NCBI GenBank assembly: GCA_966211795.1
Contig: CBIHNW010000025.1
Span: forward strand, 3,787-67,786
Reading direction: 5' to 3'
Source: an uncultured Bdellovibrio sp.
Lineage (GTDB): Bacteria > Bdellovibrionota > Bdellovibrionia > Bdellovibrionales > Bdellovibrionaceae
Length of the DNA stretch: 64,000 bases
Positions 16,409 to 25,058 of the stretch are shown in pieces (positions within the stretch are counted from its first letter, which is position 1; every line of letters starts with the position of its first letter). The position numbers and the translations under genes were made by a program. The notes below the pieces were generated by a model. That model saw only the letters and a program-made list of their open reading frames with translations, did no database searches and was not told where the DNA came from.

Positions 16409-17575
16409 CTAAATTTTCACTTCGATGGCGATGACGCCCACGAGGACGGCCCAGAATGGAGAGCCGATGCCGAGGAAGGTGACTCCAGAGGCCGCAATGA
16501 CGAAGGTCAAGAAGCCAGCTTCGCGGTGATTCGCCGTGGCCAAAGCTTTCTCGATTCCGCTGGCGACCGTTCCCAATAAAGCAAAACCCGCGATGGCGAG
16601 AATCATTTCTTTCGGAAATGCCGCAAACAACGAAGTGACGGCGCCGGCAAAAATTCCGATGACGGCGTACAGGCTGCCCGAGACGACGCCGCTGATGTAT
16701 CGTTTAGTCGGATCCGGATTCACTTCGGGGCCCATGCCGATGGCGGCGGTGATGGCCGCGAGATTGATGGAAAAGCCACCGAAACAAGCCGTCAGAAGAT
16801 TCATGAGCCCCATCCCCGTCAACACCACCGAGATCGGAGCCTGATACTGATGAGCCCGCAACACAGACAGGCCCGTCAGATTTTGCGAGGTCATGGTCAC
16901 GATAAAGAGCGGCACCCCAAGACTGAGCAAAGCCTGTAGCGAGAACTGGGGCTGAACCCAATGAAACTGGGTCAAAGTAAATCCGACCTGATCAAAGTGC
17001 AAAATCCCCAAAGCCATCGACACGATCATTCCCACCACCAGCACCAAGAGCATGGTCATGCGCGAGCGGATTTTTTTCCCGAGCAAATAGGCGCCGAGCA
17101 TGGCGCCAATCAAGACGCGATTCAGTTCAAACGCGTGAATGGCGTCCAGGCAAAAGTGCAGCAGCACTCCGGCCAGAAGCGCCGAGGTGAGAGAAACGGA
17201 AATGCGTCCCATGATTTTTTCAAACCAACCCGTCAGGCCAAACACCAACGTCATCGCGGCAACAAAAAGAAAAGCACCCATCGCTTCACCGAGCGAAAAA
17301 CCAGAGGCTCCACCAATCAACAAGACAGCACCCGGGGTCGACCAGGCGATCAAGACCGGAATCCGGTAACGAAGCGAGAAAAAAACCGTCAACACCCCGA
17401 GACCAATGCAAAGCGAGCCAAGCCATGAGCCCGCATCGCTGGCACTGGCACCGAAAGCCTGTGCGGCTTCAAAGACCACCACCGCCGAGCTTGTCATGCC
17501 AATCAAGACAACGATCAATCCCGCAATCACGGCCGATAAAGAAAAATCATTTCGCAGTCGATTCCACGCTGTCAT
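16409..17575 (-). CDS. benE: BenE-family benzoate/H+ symporter-like membrane transporter
   Basis: Polytopic protein of about 12 TM. The N-terminal FSLSAVIAGLIVVLIGMTSSAVVVFEAAQAFGAS and SLRYRIPVLIAWSTPGAVLL are typical BenE-family stretches. Confidence 0.8.
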   Translation of the reverse strand: MTAWNRLRNDFSLSAVIAGLIVVLIGMTSSAVVVFEAAQAFGASASDAGSWLGSLCIGLGVLTVFFSLRYRIPVLIAWSTPGAVLLIGGASGFSLGEAMGAFLFVAAMTLVFGLTGWFEKIMGRISVSLTSALLAGVLLHFCLDAIHAFELNRVLIGAMLGAYLLGKKIRSRMTMLLVLVVGMIVSMALGILHFDQVGFTLTQFHWVQPQFSLQALLSLGVPLFIVTMTSQNLTGLSVLRAHQYQAPISVVLTGMGLMNLLTACFGGFSINLAAITAAIGMGPEVNPDPTKRYISGVVSGSLYAVIGIFAGAVTSLFAAFPKEMILAIAGFALLGTVASGIEKALATANHREAGFLTFVIAASGVTFLGIGSPFWAVLVGVIAIEVKI

Positions 17576-17827
17576 GCTCTTGATTGTCGCGAGCCTTCAG
17601 CGAAAGCGCAAAATCTTTTCGCTGATTTCAAGAGACTCGACCAGCACAGTTTCCCGCTGATTTCGAGGGGCGGTCGGCGAAAGACTGGACAGTTGCTAAA
17701 AATATTGCACCCCTATCTCCCCGCGACCGAAACAAATTTGTTGGATTTACCTGTCAAAATAAAAACAGCATCTTTCAAAATACTTTTCGTTTACTTTGCG
17801 CCGACTTTTCAAAACGGGGTTTTTCAC

Positions 17828-18637
17828 ATGAAAAATATTTTGCTCACTGCCATTTTTGCTTTTCCAGTTTTCTTCACCCTCTCGGCATCCGCCGTGCTGC
17901 TTCCGGAAGAGCTTGTGCCCAATCAAAATTCATTCCTAGACCTGCCGGCCATTTATGCGGCGGCCGCCCAAAAGGGACAGAGCAATCTGGGAAAGCAATG
18001 CAAATTCGATTCAGCCGCCGAATACGAAGCTTACAAGAAAACCGTTTCCGATCCCGATCTTTTGATGTCCGACGAAGCCTTCAAAGCGAACATCCAACAA
18101 GTCGGACTGAGTTCGGGCGATCCGTCGGCGCTGGCCTATGAAACAAAAGATCTCTGCTTTATGAATTTCAAAGAGTACACGGCCCTTCGCTTGTACACGG
18201 GTTCTTTGTACATGATGCTGAACAACGCACTTCGAAACCACAACAAAGCCCAGGTTCAGCAGTACCGCATCGTCACCAAATTTCTGATGTCAGCCCTGAA
18301 CAAGTTGAAAAACTTTGTCGGCTACGTGAAACGCGGATCCACCTTGCCGGCGGATCAATTGGCGCAGCACCAAGTCGGCACCCAGATCGTGTACACGGGC
18401 TTCACCAGCACCTCGGTTGCTTCCGGGTTTGGCGGCAATGTTCGGTACGTGATTTATTCGCGCAGTTGCAAATACATCGCACCCTTCTCTTATTTTCAGC
18501 AAGAGGAAGAAGTTTTGTGCCTGCCTGGAATTCGTTTTCAAATTCGCTACCGCAATCTGCAAAATGGCGTGACCGAGCTTTTGATGGAAGAAACCGGGCA
18601 AGAGTTTGATGTCGATCAAGCCCTGCAGGCAATGTAA
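17828..18637 (+). CDS. secreted mono-ADP-ribosyltransferase toxin (R-S-E class, ADPrib_exo_Tox-like)
   Basis: Signal peptide MKNILLTAIFAFPVFFTLSASA. YTALRLYTGSLYMMLNNALR is a Y..Y...N..LR NAD-site helix. The catalytic triad motifs are VKRG (Arg), GFTSTS (STS) and QQEEEVLCLPG (ExE followed by VL.LP). Confidence 0.8.
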   Translation: MKNILLTAIFAFPVFFTLSASAVLLPEELVPNQNSFLDLPAIYAAAAQKGQSNLGKQCKFDSAAEYEAYKKTVSDPDLLMSDEAFKANIQQVGLSSGDPSALAYETKDLCFMNFKEYTALRLYTGSLYMMLNNALRNHNKAQVQQYRIVTKFLMSALNKLKNFVGYVKRGSTLPADQLAQHQVGTQIVYTGFTSTSVASGFGGNVRYVIYSRSCKYIAPFSYFQQEEEVLCLPGIRFQIRYRNLQNGVTELLMEETGQEFDVDQALQAM

Positions 18638-18645
18638 AATAAAGG

Positions 18646-19653
18646 ATGATCATGAACGCGATCGTTGCGAGCTGCCTGATATTTTTGGCCCTGAACCAAG
18701 CGCAGGCGAAGACCTATGAGATGCCTGAGCCACAAAGCGCGACGCTGTCATCGGTGAGCTACCGCTTCAATGAGATCCGCACGGTCCCCGGAGATGAAAT
18801 TCACTTTTCAGTTCCGCAAAATCTTCGCGGGCAAAAGCTCTCTTTTGTCATCCTAGGTCACCGCCAAGATCCGACCACCCACAAGGGCGGCACCCCCGGA
18901 CAAAAGCTAGATCAGATCCCAGGCCTTTCTGCCGTGCTGGTGCATTCCACCAATCTCAGCATCACGAATTCGCCAGATGCCTGGAGATACTGGGCCGGAA
19001 TGGCGTCTGGAAATTTCGGCGCCAAATTTGCTGAACCCCGCTTTGATCCCGAGATCGAAAATCTTTACGAGTGGAACAGTATTGGCTCTCGCGGTGTGCA
19101 AAGCAATGAGCTGTCTTTAACGCCGCTCATGATTGATCAAGTCACCGTCCGCAACGTGGGTCAGGACGAAGTGTTGGTGAGCCAGCTGACGCTGAAATTC
19201 ATTCCGCAGGACATTACGAGCCAGCAGGTTTTGGTGTATTCGCCAGGCACCCAGTTCAGCTCCGAATTCGGCGGCAAAGCCCATCTCGGTGGTGGACAGT
19301 CTTTTCAAGGAACCTTCCCGCAGGCGCTGGTGCTGAACGGGATTCAAGAAATTCCGTTGCAAGAGGGCCTGATCATCAAAGGGATCGAGGCCGCCATCGG
19401 CGACTCTCACCCCGATCAGATTTCAAATTCGGACGGCGGCTGGGGAACGCAGGGCTGGGCCAAATTTTCGATTGGGATTGGTCCAAACAGCTCCAACATT
19501 CAGTGGCTGACCGAGCGCGAGAATGTGCCACCCGAGGGATTGGCCTTGGCATTTCCCCTGACCGAAGCCCGCACCCAGGGAACCAAACTGTATTTGAAAT
19601 CCGAAAGCGACACCACCTACGTGATGGGCGTGCGGATTTCGTATCGAAAATAA
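18646..19653 (+). CDS. secreted hypothetical protein, probably co-transcribed with the ART gene
   Basis: It starts 8 nt after the ART stop. Signal peptide MIMNAIVASCLIFLALNQAQA. No recognisable family. Confidence 0.65.
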   Translation: MIMNAIVASCLIFLALNQAQAKTYEMPEPQSATLSSVSYRFNEIRTVPGDEIHFSVPQNLRGQKLSFVILGHRQDPTTHKGGTPGQKLDQIPGLSAVLVHSTNLSITNSPDAWRYWAGMASGNFGAKFAEPRFDPEIENLYEWNSIGSRGVQSNELSLTPLMIDQVTVRNVGQDEVLVSQLTLKFIPQDITSQQVLVYSPGTQFSSEFGGKAHLGGGQSFQGTFPQALVLNGIQEIPLQEGLIIKGIEAAIGDSHPDQISNSDGGWGTQGWAKFSIGIGPNSSNIQWLTERENVPPEGLALAFPLTEARTQGTKLYLKSESDTTYVMGVRISYRK

Positions 19654-19718
19654 TTCGCTCGTCCCTTCAGAAAAGCGTCTTGTCTCGACAAAGCCATGGG
19701 TGATAGATTTCCTGATCT

Positions 19719-20759
19719 ATGCGATCACGTGGGGCTTCACTCTTCCAAGCTGTCTTCATTTTTTTCCTGTTCTTAGCCGATGCCGGCGCTCAAGAAATCA
19801 AGGCCGACAAACCGAGCGATGAAACCGAGGGCCGCGCCTGGGCTTTCTACATCGAAAACGATTCGCACAACATCGGTGGCCCAGGATCAGATCAAGCGTA
19901 CTCGAACGGATTTAAATTCTCTTACATCTTTGCCGAAAACCGAGCGCCCCGATGGGCGGAGAAATCCACGCGCGCTTTGGATTTCTTAGATTCAAATCTC
20001 AATCACGCAAAAATGAATTTTGGCCTTTCCGTTGGTCAGCAGATTTACACGCCCAACGACACCGCGACCTCGGATCTGATCACCGATGATCGTCCTTATG
20101 CCGGTTGGCTTTATTTGGGATTGGCCGCGAGCTTCAAAGAAGAAAATGTTGGCCATTTTTTCGAATTGGATCTGGGCGTCGTCGGCCCCAGTGCCCTGGG
20201 CGAACAGGTGCAAAATAATTTTCATCGCCTGATTCAAGAAAGTCCGGCCGAAGGATGGAAAAATGGCTTGCATGATGAGCCCACCGTCGAATTGCTGTAT
20301 CAAAAAAGATTCAAGGCCTGGCAGAAATCGCAGTTCGACTTTGTCCCGTATTACGGTGGTGCTTTTGGAAACGTCAAAGTCGGCGTGCATGTCGGCGCCT
20401 TGGTCCGTGCCGGCATCAATTTACCGGATGACTTTGGCCCCAGCCGTCCTTCAGCCAGCGATGGAGACAGCTTCGTCGCGCCCAATCCCTCTCCCGAAAG
20501 CCGACAGAAAAGTTATTACGCCTTTGCCGGCAGTCGGGGAAACGCGGTTCTTCACAATATTTTTCTGGATGGAAACACCTGGCAACCAAGTCCGCACGTC
20601 AAAAAGTACCCGCTCACTTTCGAAACCGAATTCGGTGTTGGCTTCCAACTTCTTCCTTACTCGGTCGTCTGGAGATTCGTCACGCGCTCGCCCGAATTTG
20701 AAGAGCGAAGCCGCGTGAACAGCTTCGCTTCTTTGAATGTCATGTACTTTTTCAAATAA
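19719..20759 (+). CDS. LpxR-family (DUF2219) outer-membrane lipid A deacylase-like protein
   Basis: Signal peptide, then WAFYIENDSHNIGGPGSDQAYSNGFKFSY and DDRPYAGWLYLG, which are typical of the LpxR/DUF2219 barrel. It ends in an aromatic residue run (NVMYFFK). Confidence 0.7.
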   Translation: MRSRGASLFQAVFIFFLFLADAGAQEIKADKPSDETEGRAWAFYIENDSHNIGGPGSDQAYSNGFKFSYIFAENRAPRWAEKSTRALDFLDSNLNHAKMNFGLSVGQQIYTPNDTATSDLITDDRPYAGWLYLGLAASFKEENVGHFFELDLGVVGPSALGEQVQNNFHRLIQESPAEGWKNGLHDEPTVELLYQKRFKAWQKSQFDFVPYYGGAFGNVKVGVHVGALVRAGINLPDDFGPSRPSASDGDSFVAPNPSPESRQKSYYAFAGSRGNAVLHNIFLDGNTWQPSPHVKKYPLTFETEFGVGFQLLPYSVVWRFVTRSPEFEERSRVNSFASLNVMYFFK

Positions 20760-21627
20760 GGTTTTTATCGGGACGCGCTTGCAGCCGTTCCTTATCCGCT
20801 TCACTGAGCGGTTTGGCCTGGCGTGCTTCCATCGCCGCTCCTTGCTGCTCGGATATAAATCGCGACATCAGTGCTTGGATCTTATTCATCAAAGATCCGG
20901 CCACCACATGATCCTTACCAGCTTGCATGGCATCGTAACCCTGACGAGCAACCTCGGCCGCGCTGTCTTTTTTCGCCTGTCCGACTTTGGTGTCAAGCAT
21001 ATTGGCACGAGCAAAAAAGTTGGTTTCGGTGGCGCCTGGCTGCAACGCGGTCACGGTGATGCCGTGTTCTTTAACCTCGTAAGCAATCGCCATCGCGAAA
21101 GATTGCACAAATGCCTTGGATGCCGAGTACACGGCCTCGAAAGGTCCGGGTGTTTCTGCCGCAATCGATGAAGTGAAAAGAATCTTTCCTTCACCTCGAG
21201 ACACGAAATCTGGCAGTATTCGTTTGGTCAAGTGCACGACCGAAGTCGCATTGAGCTGAATCAGATTCAGCTCTTTTTGCAGATCGGTTTCAAGAAAGGG
21301 CCCGCCGCTGCCGACACCGGCATTCATCACGATGCAATCCAGTGGCACGCCTAAAGATTTGATCTCGCGGTAAAACGATTCAACACCGTCGTAATTCGAA
21401 AGATCGGCTTGAAAGGCCTGCACTTCTTGGCCGATGTTGCGGAACACGTCGGCCGCCTCGAAAATTCCGGGTTCTTCCGCCGTCACCAATAAATTATAGC
21501 CTTCTTCGGCAAATATTTTTGCAAGCTCGTAACCAATACCGCTGGACGCGCCGGTGATGGCAACCCATCCGCCGGGTTTGATGTCCGTGGTCTCAAAATC
21601 CGTTCGTCGTTCATTTTGATTTTCCAT
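20752..21627 (-). CDS. SDR-family oxidoreductase
   Basis: TGASSGIGYELA (TGxxxGxG) and the YSASKAF catalytic YxxxK. Confidence 0.9.
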   Translation of the reverse strand: MENQNERRTDFETTDIKPGGWVAITGASSGIGYELAKIFAEEGYNLLVTAEEPGIFEAADVFRNIGQEVQAFQADLSNYDGVESFYREIKSLGVPLDCIVMNAGVGSGGPFLETDLQKELNLIQLNATSVVHLTKRILPDFVSRGEGKILFTSSIAAETPGPFEAVYSASKAFVQSFAMAIAYEVKEHGITVTALQPGATETNFFARANMLDTKVGQAKKDSAAEVARQGYDAMQAGKDHVVAGSLMNKIQALMSRFISEQQGAAMEARQAKPLSEADKERLQARPDKNLI

Positions 21628-21642
21628 TTGTAATCTCCGGCT

Positions 21643-22815
21643 TTACTGCATGTTGATGATCACTTTGATGCATTCATCTTTTTGTTCGTTGAATTCTTTG
21701 TAAGCATTCGGACCGTCATCGATGCGGATTCGGTGCGTGATCACGAATGACGGATCGATTTTGTCCTGCAGAACCAAATCCAACAGGGGTTGCATGTATC
21801 TTTGCGTGTGCGTTTGACCCATTTTCAAGGTCAGACCTTTTCCAAACGCCGCACCAAACGGAATTTTATCCAACAGTCCGCCGTACACGCCCGGAATGGA
21901 AACGGTTCCGCACTTTTTGCAAGCCTGCAGCGCCTGTCTCAGAACATCGGGGCGATCCGTTCCCAGTCGCACCGCCATCTTCACGCGATCGACACTGGCG
22001 GTGAGCGTATGGCCATGAGCCTCGAGACCAACGGCATCGATGCAAGAATCCGGTCCTTCGCCGCCGGTCCGGTAAGAAATTTCATCTAAAATTCCATCCA
22101 CCTCATCGAAATTGATCACTTCCGCCCCGGCCTGCGCGGCCATATCCAGACGTGCTTTATAGTGATCAATCACCAAGACCCGTTCGGCGCCTAATAGAAA
22201 GGCACTGCGAATCGCCATCTGGCCCACGGGTCCAGCTCCCCAGATCGCGACCGTATCGCCGCGCTTGATGTTGCAGTTTTCCGCCGCCATGTAACCGGTC
22301 GGGAAAATATCGCTGAGAAAAAGAACTTTCTCGTCGCTGATTCCGTTCGGGATCACCAGTGAATTGGTATCGGCAAATGGCACGCGAATAAATTCCGCCT
22401 GCCCGCCCGCGTATCCGCCATACATGTGCGAATAGCCAAACAAGGCCGCGCCACCGTGACCGTATAATTTATCAGCCAACACCGCATTCGGGTTCGAGTT
22501 ATCGCAGGCCGAATACTCTTCATTTTCACAGTGGCTGCAATGACCGCAGCCGATATCAAACGGAATCACGATGCGATCGCCAACCTTGATCTTTTGAACC
22601 ATCGAGCCGACTTCCATGACTTCGCCCATCGTTTCGTGCCCGAGAATATCTCCTTTTTCCATGCTGGGAATCACGCCGTTATAAAGATGCAAGTCCGATC
22701 CACAGATCGCGGCCGTCGTCACCTTGATGATCGCGTCATGCGGGTTGAGAAGTCTTGGATCCCGAACATTCTTGACGGCGACATCATGCTTTCCTTGCCA
22801 ACAAAGTGCTTTCAT
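21643..22815 (-). CDS. zinc-dependent alcohol dehydrogenase (formaldehyde-dehydrogenase-like subfamily)
   Basis: [21 protein letters not shown], the structural-Zn Cys cluster [15 protein letters not shown], and the [10 protein letters not shown] Rossmann motif. Confidence 0.9.
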   Translation of the reverse strand: MKALCWQGKHDVAVKNVRDPRLLNPHDAIIKVTTAAICGSDLHLYNGVIPSMEKGDILGHETMGEVMEVGSMVQKIKVGDRIVIPFDIGCGHCSHCENEEYSACDNSNPNAVLADKLYGHGGAALFGYSHMYGGYAGGQAEFIRVPFADTNSLVIPNGISDEKVLFLSDIFPTGYMAAENCNIKRGDTVAIWGAGPVGQMAIRSAFLLGAERVLVIDHYKARLDMAAQAGAEVINFDEVDGILDEISYRTGGEGPDSCIDAVGLEAHGHTLTASVDRVKMAVRLGTDRPDVLRQALQACKKCGTVSIPGVYGGLLDKIPFGAAFGKGLTLKMGQTHTQRYMQPLLDLVLQDKIDPSFVITHRIRIDDGPNAYKEFNEQKDECIKVIINMQ

Positions 22816-22833
22816 TTTTCCTCCTGATCGTTC

Positions 22834-23454
22834 TTAGTGTATTAAAGGTGCATCGGCCAAATCTTCATCGCGACCACTGGTCTGTCCTTCGATGGTGGGA
22901 ATTTCTCCCGTTTCCAACAAAGCTTTCAGACGTCGAAGATTGGTGAGTGTGAGATTGTAAGGATCTTCACCGGTGAATTTACCGGCGAGCTCGGTGAGCT
23001 TGCCACCGGGGACATGATAGTTCAGTTGCAAACGAACGATCGTGCCGCGATCGGCGGCGGCTTTCTCGAAACGCACGATGCCCGAGGTTTGCACTTGTGA
23101 GCCCTCGAGACTGCGCCACGAAATCAATTGTCCTGGAATTTCATCAACGATTTCGGCATCCCACTCGGCCGTGAGACCTGACTGGAATTTCAGTTTCCAA
23201 TGAGATTTGACATTGGTCATGACCTGCACTTCGGCCAGGTCCTTCATAAAACTTGGTAGATTTTTAAAGTCTCGCCAAAAATCGAAAACCATTTCCGGTG
23301 GTTTGCCGATCGTGACGGAAAAGAAATGCGTGTCGGTGGTTTTGGCCTTTTTTGCTGCCGGCGCTTTGGCTTTTTTAGCATTCGAGCGTTTGGTGCTCGC
23401 GGGGCTTGCGACATCCAGCCCTTCGGTCTCTGCCAGATTCTGATTGTTCTCCAT
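22834..23454 (-). CDS. SRPBCC (cyclase/dehydrase-like) family protein with a Lys/Ala-rich N-terminus
   Basis: VFDFWRDFKNLPSFM...WDAEIVDEIPGQLISWRSLEGS is typical of the SRPBCC fold. The ATG at 23454 follows a GGAGGAGAG RBS. The ORF track extends to 23544. Confidence 0.75.
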   Translation of the reverse strand: MENNQNLAETEGLDVASPASTKRSNAKKAKAPAAKKAKTTDTHFFSVTIGKPPEMVFDFWRDFKNLPSFMKDLAEVQVMTNVKSHWKLKFQSGLTAEWDAEIVDEIPGQLISWRSLEGSQVQTSGIVRFEKAAADRGTIVRLQLNYHVPGGKLTELAGKFTGEDPYNLTLTNLRRLKALLETGEIPTIEGQTSGRDEDLADAPLIH

Positions 23455-23598
23455 CTCTCCTCCTAGATCAGGTTGGTCGGTGATCGGCTTTGAAACTCCG
23501 GAATCATCCGTTTCCAAATTCGATCGTTCCCAAATCCGATGCAAAACCGATGCAAGAGAAGAGATGAAGGGGTTAAAAATGTTAGAAATCAGTTTTTA

Positions 23599-24165
23599 TC
23601 AATGAGCCGCTCGATTTTCAGCGATCTCTTTTTCATGAGGAGCATCTTCACCGCCCATCGCTTCGTACTTCGCACGAAGTTTCAGGTATTGCTCGCCCAG
23701 ACGTGCGCGGTCTTCAATCTTCGAGTGCTTTTTCACTTCTGGAAGCATCTCTTCCTCTTCTTCTTCAATATGGTGTTCAACCATTTCAGCCAGCACTTTT
23801 ACGCGCGCCGACCACAAGTCTTCATCGTCTTCGGTACGCTTGATCTCTTCGATCATTTGGTCAGCCAAGCTGTGCTCGACATCACCTTCAAATCCGTCTT
23901 CACGCAGCTCTTCATCATCTTTCATGAAAACGTAAAGGCTTTCTTCCTCGGGCTTTGCGTGGGACACCAACAAGGGAGCAAATTCTTCAAACGCCGCAGA
24001 TCTTTTCAGGAAACTTTGCTCAGAATCTTTCAAGACTTCGATCAATTCCTTCAAGGGCTTGTGATCCTCAAGAATCAATTTGATGATATCAGTTTCGGTC
24101 TTTTGAGGCGCCGCCTGTTTTGTTGCTGAACGCTTCGTCGATTTTTTGGCAGATTTCTTTGTCAT
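23599..24165 (-). CDS. hemerythrin (HHE cation-binding) domain protein
   Basis: ILEDHKPLKELI and VEHHIEEEEEEMLP motifs. The ATG at 24165 follows a GAAGGAG RBS. The ORF track extends to 24348. Confidence 0.7.
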   Translation of the reverse strand: MTKKSAKKSTKRSATKQAAPQKTETDIIKLILEDHKPLKELIEVLKDSEQSFLKRSAAFEEFAPLLVSHAKPEEESLYVFMKDDEELREDGFEGDVEHSLADQMIEEIKRTEDDEDLWSARVKVLAEMVEHHIEEEEEEMLPEVKKHSKIEDRARLGEQYLKLRAKYEAMGGEDAPHEKEIAENRAAH

Positions 24166-24369
24166 GGAGCACTCCTTCTCAAGTAATGTTAGGAAAGTGA
24201 TATTTGTCAGGAGCAAGAACGGTGCTGGGCCAACTGAAAACAAAGGGGACCATTTTGGGAAAGATGGGACACCGTGGGGCCATCTGGAACACATCCCGTG
24301 GCAATTAGCATAACTTTCAAAAGTGGAGAGGAAAGATGACGGGCCCAATCTTGCACGATCCCAACCATC

Positions 24370-24888
24370 ATGTGGACCATGAGCCTTTCCTTTTTCGAAG
24401 TCGTTCTCCGCGCTGGCACCATTTACGCCGCTCTCTTCATATTATTTCGCATTGCCGGAAAAAAGCAGCTTGGTGAAATGTCACCATTTGATCTGGTGCT
24501 CCTCTTGATCATCAGCGAATCCGTCAGCAACGGCCTCGGTGGCAACGACAACTCTGTCACCACGGGACTGATTTCGGCCTCGTCACTGGTGTTCCTCAGT
24601 TTTCTGATGGATCGCTTGGCCTTTCGCTCAAAAAAAATTGAAGGCTGGCTCGAGGGCGAAGCGCAGCTCATCATCGCCAACGGCAAAGTGCGCACCGAAC
24701 TGATGCAAAAAGAAAAAATCACCGAAGGTGAGTTGAAAGAAGCGATCCGGGCTCATGGTTTGGATCACATGGACCAAATTCAATACGCCGTCCTGGAAGC
24801 GAACGGAAAAATTTCCGTGATTCCCAAGCAGCGCTCGGGAACCGCAAGCCAAACTTTGAATCCCGAAGATTCCACCCTCAATAGCTAA
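24370..24888 (+). CDS. DUF421 (YetF-like) membrane protein
   Basis: LFRIAGKKQLGEMSPFDLVLLLIISE is the DUF421 signature region. Confidence 0.75.
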   Translation: MWTMSLSFFEVVLRAGTIYAALFILFRIAGKKQLGEMSPFDLVLLLIISESVSNGLGGNDNSVTTGLISASSLVFLSFLMDRLAFRSKKIEGWLEGEAQLIIANGKVRTELMQKEKITEGELKEAIRAHGLDHMDQIQYAVLEANGKISVIPKQRSGTASQTLNPEDSTLNS

Positions 24889-25058
24889 TGATCCCAGAAA
24901 TCCAACGCCCGCAATTCAAGTGACTTGATTGAGCCCCCCAAAATATTATTTATGGATCCAGCTTTTGGCCCAGCATAATTTAAAGATTTCCTTATTTTCC
25001 TCTCTCGCATGAAAATCTCGCTGCCAATGCGCCCGGCCCCTATGCTATACCCATTTCT

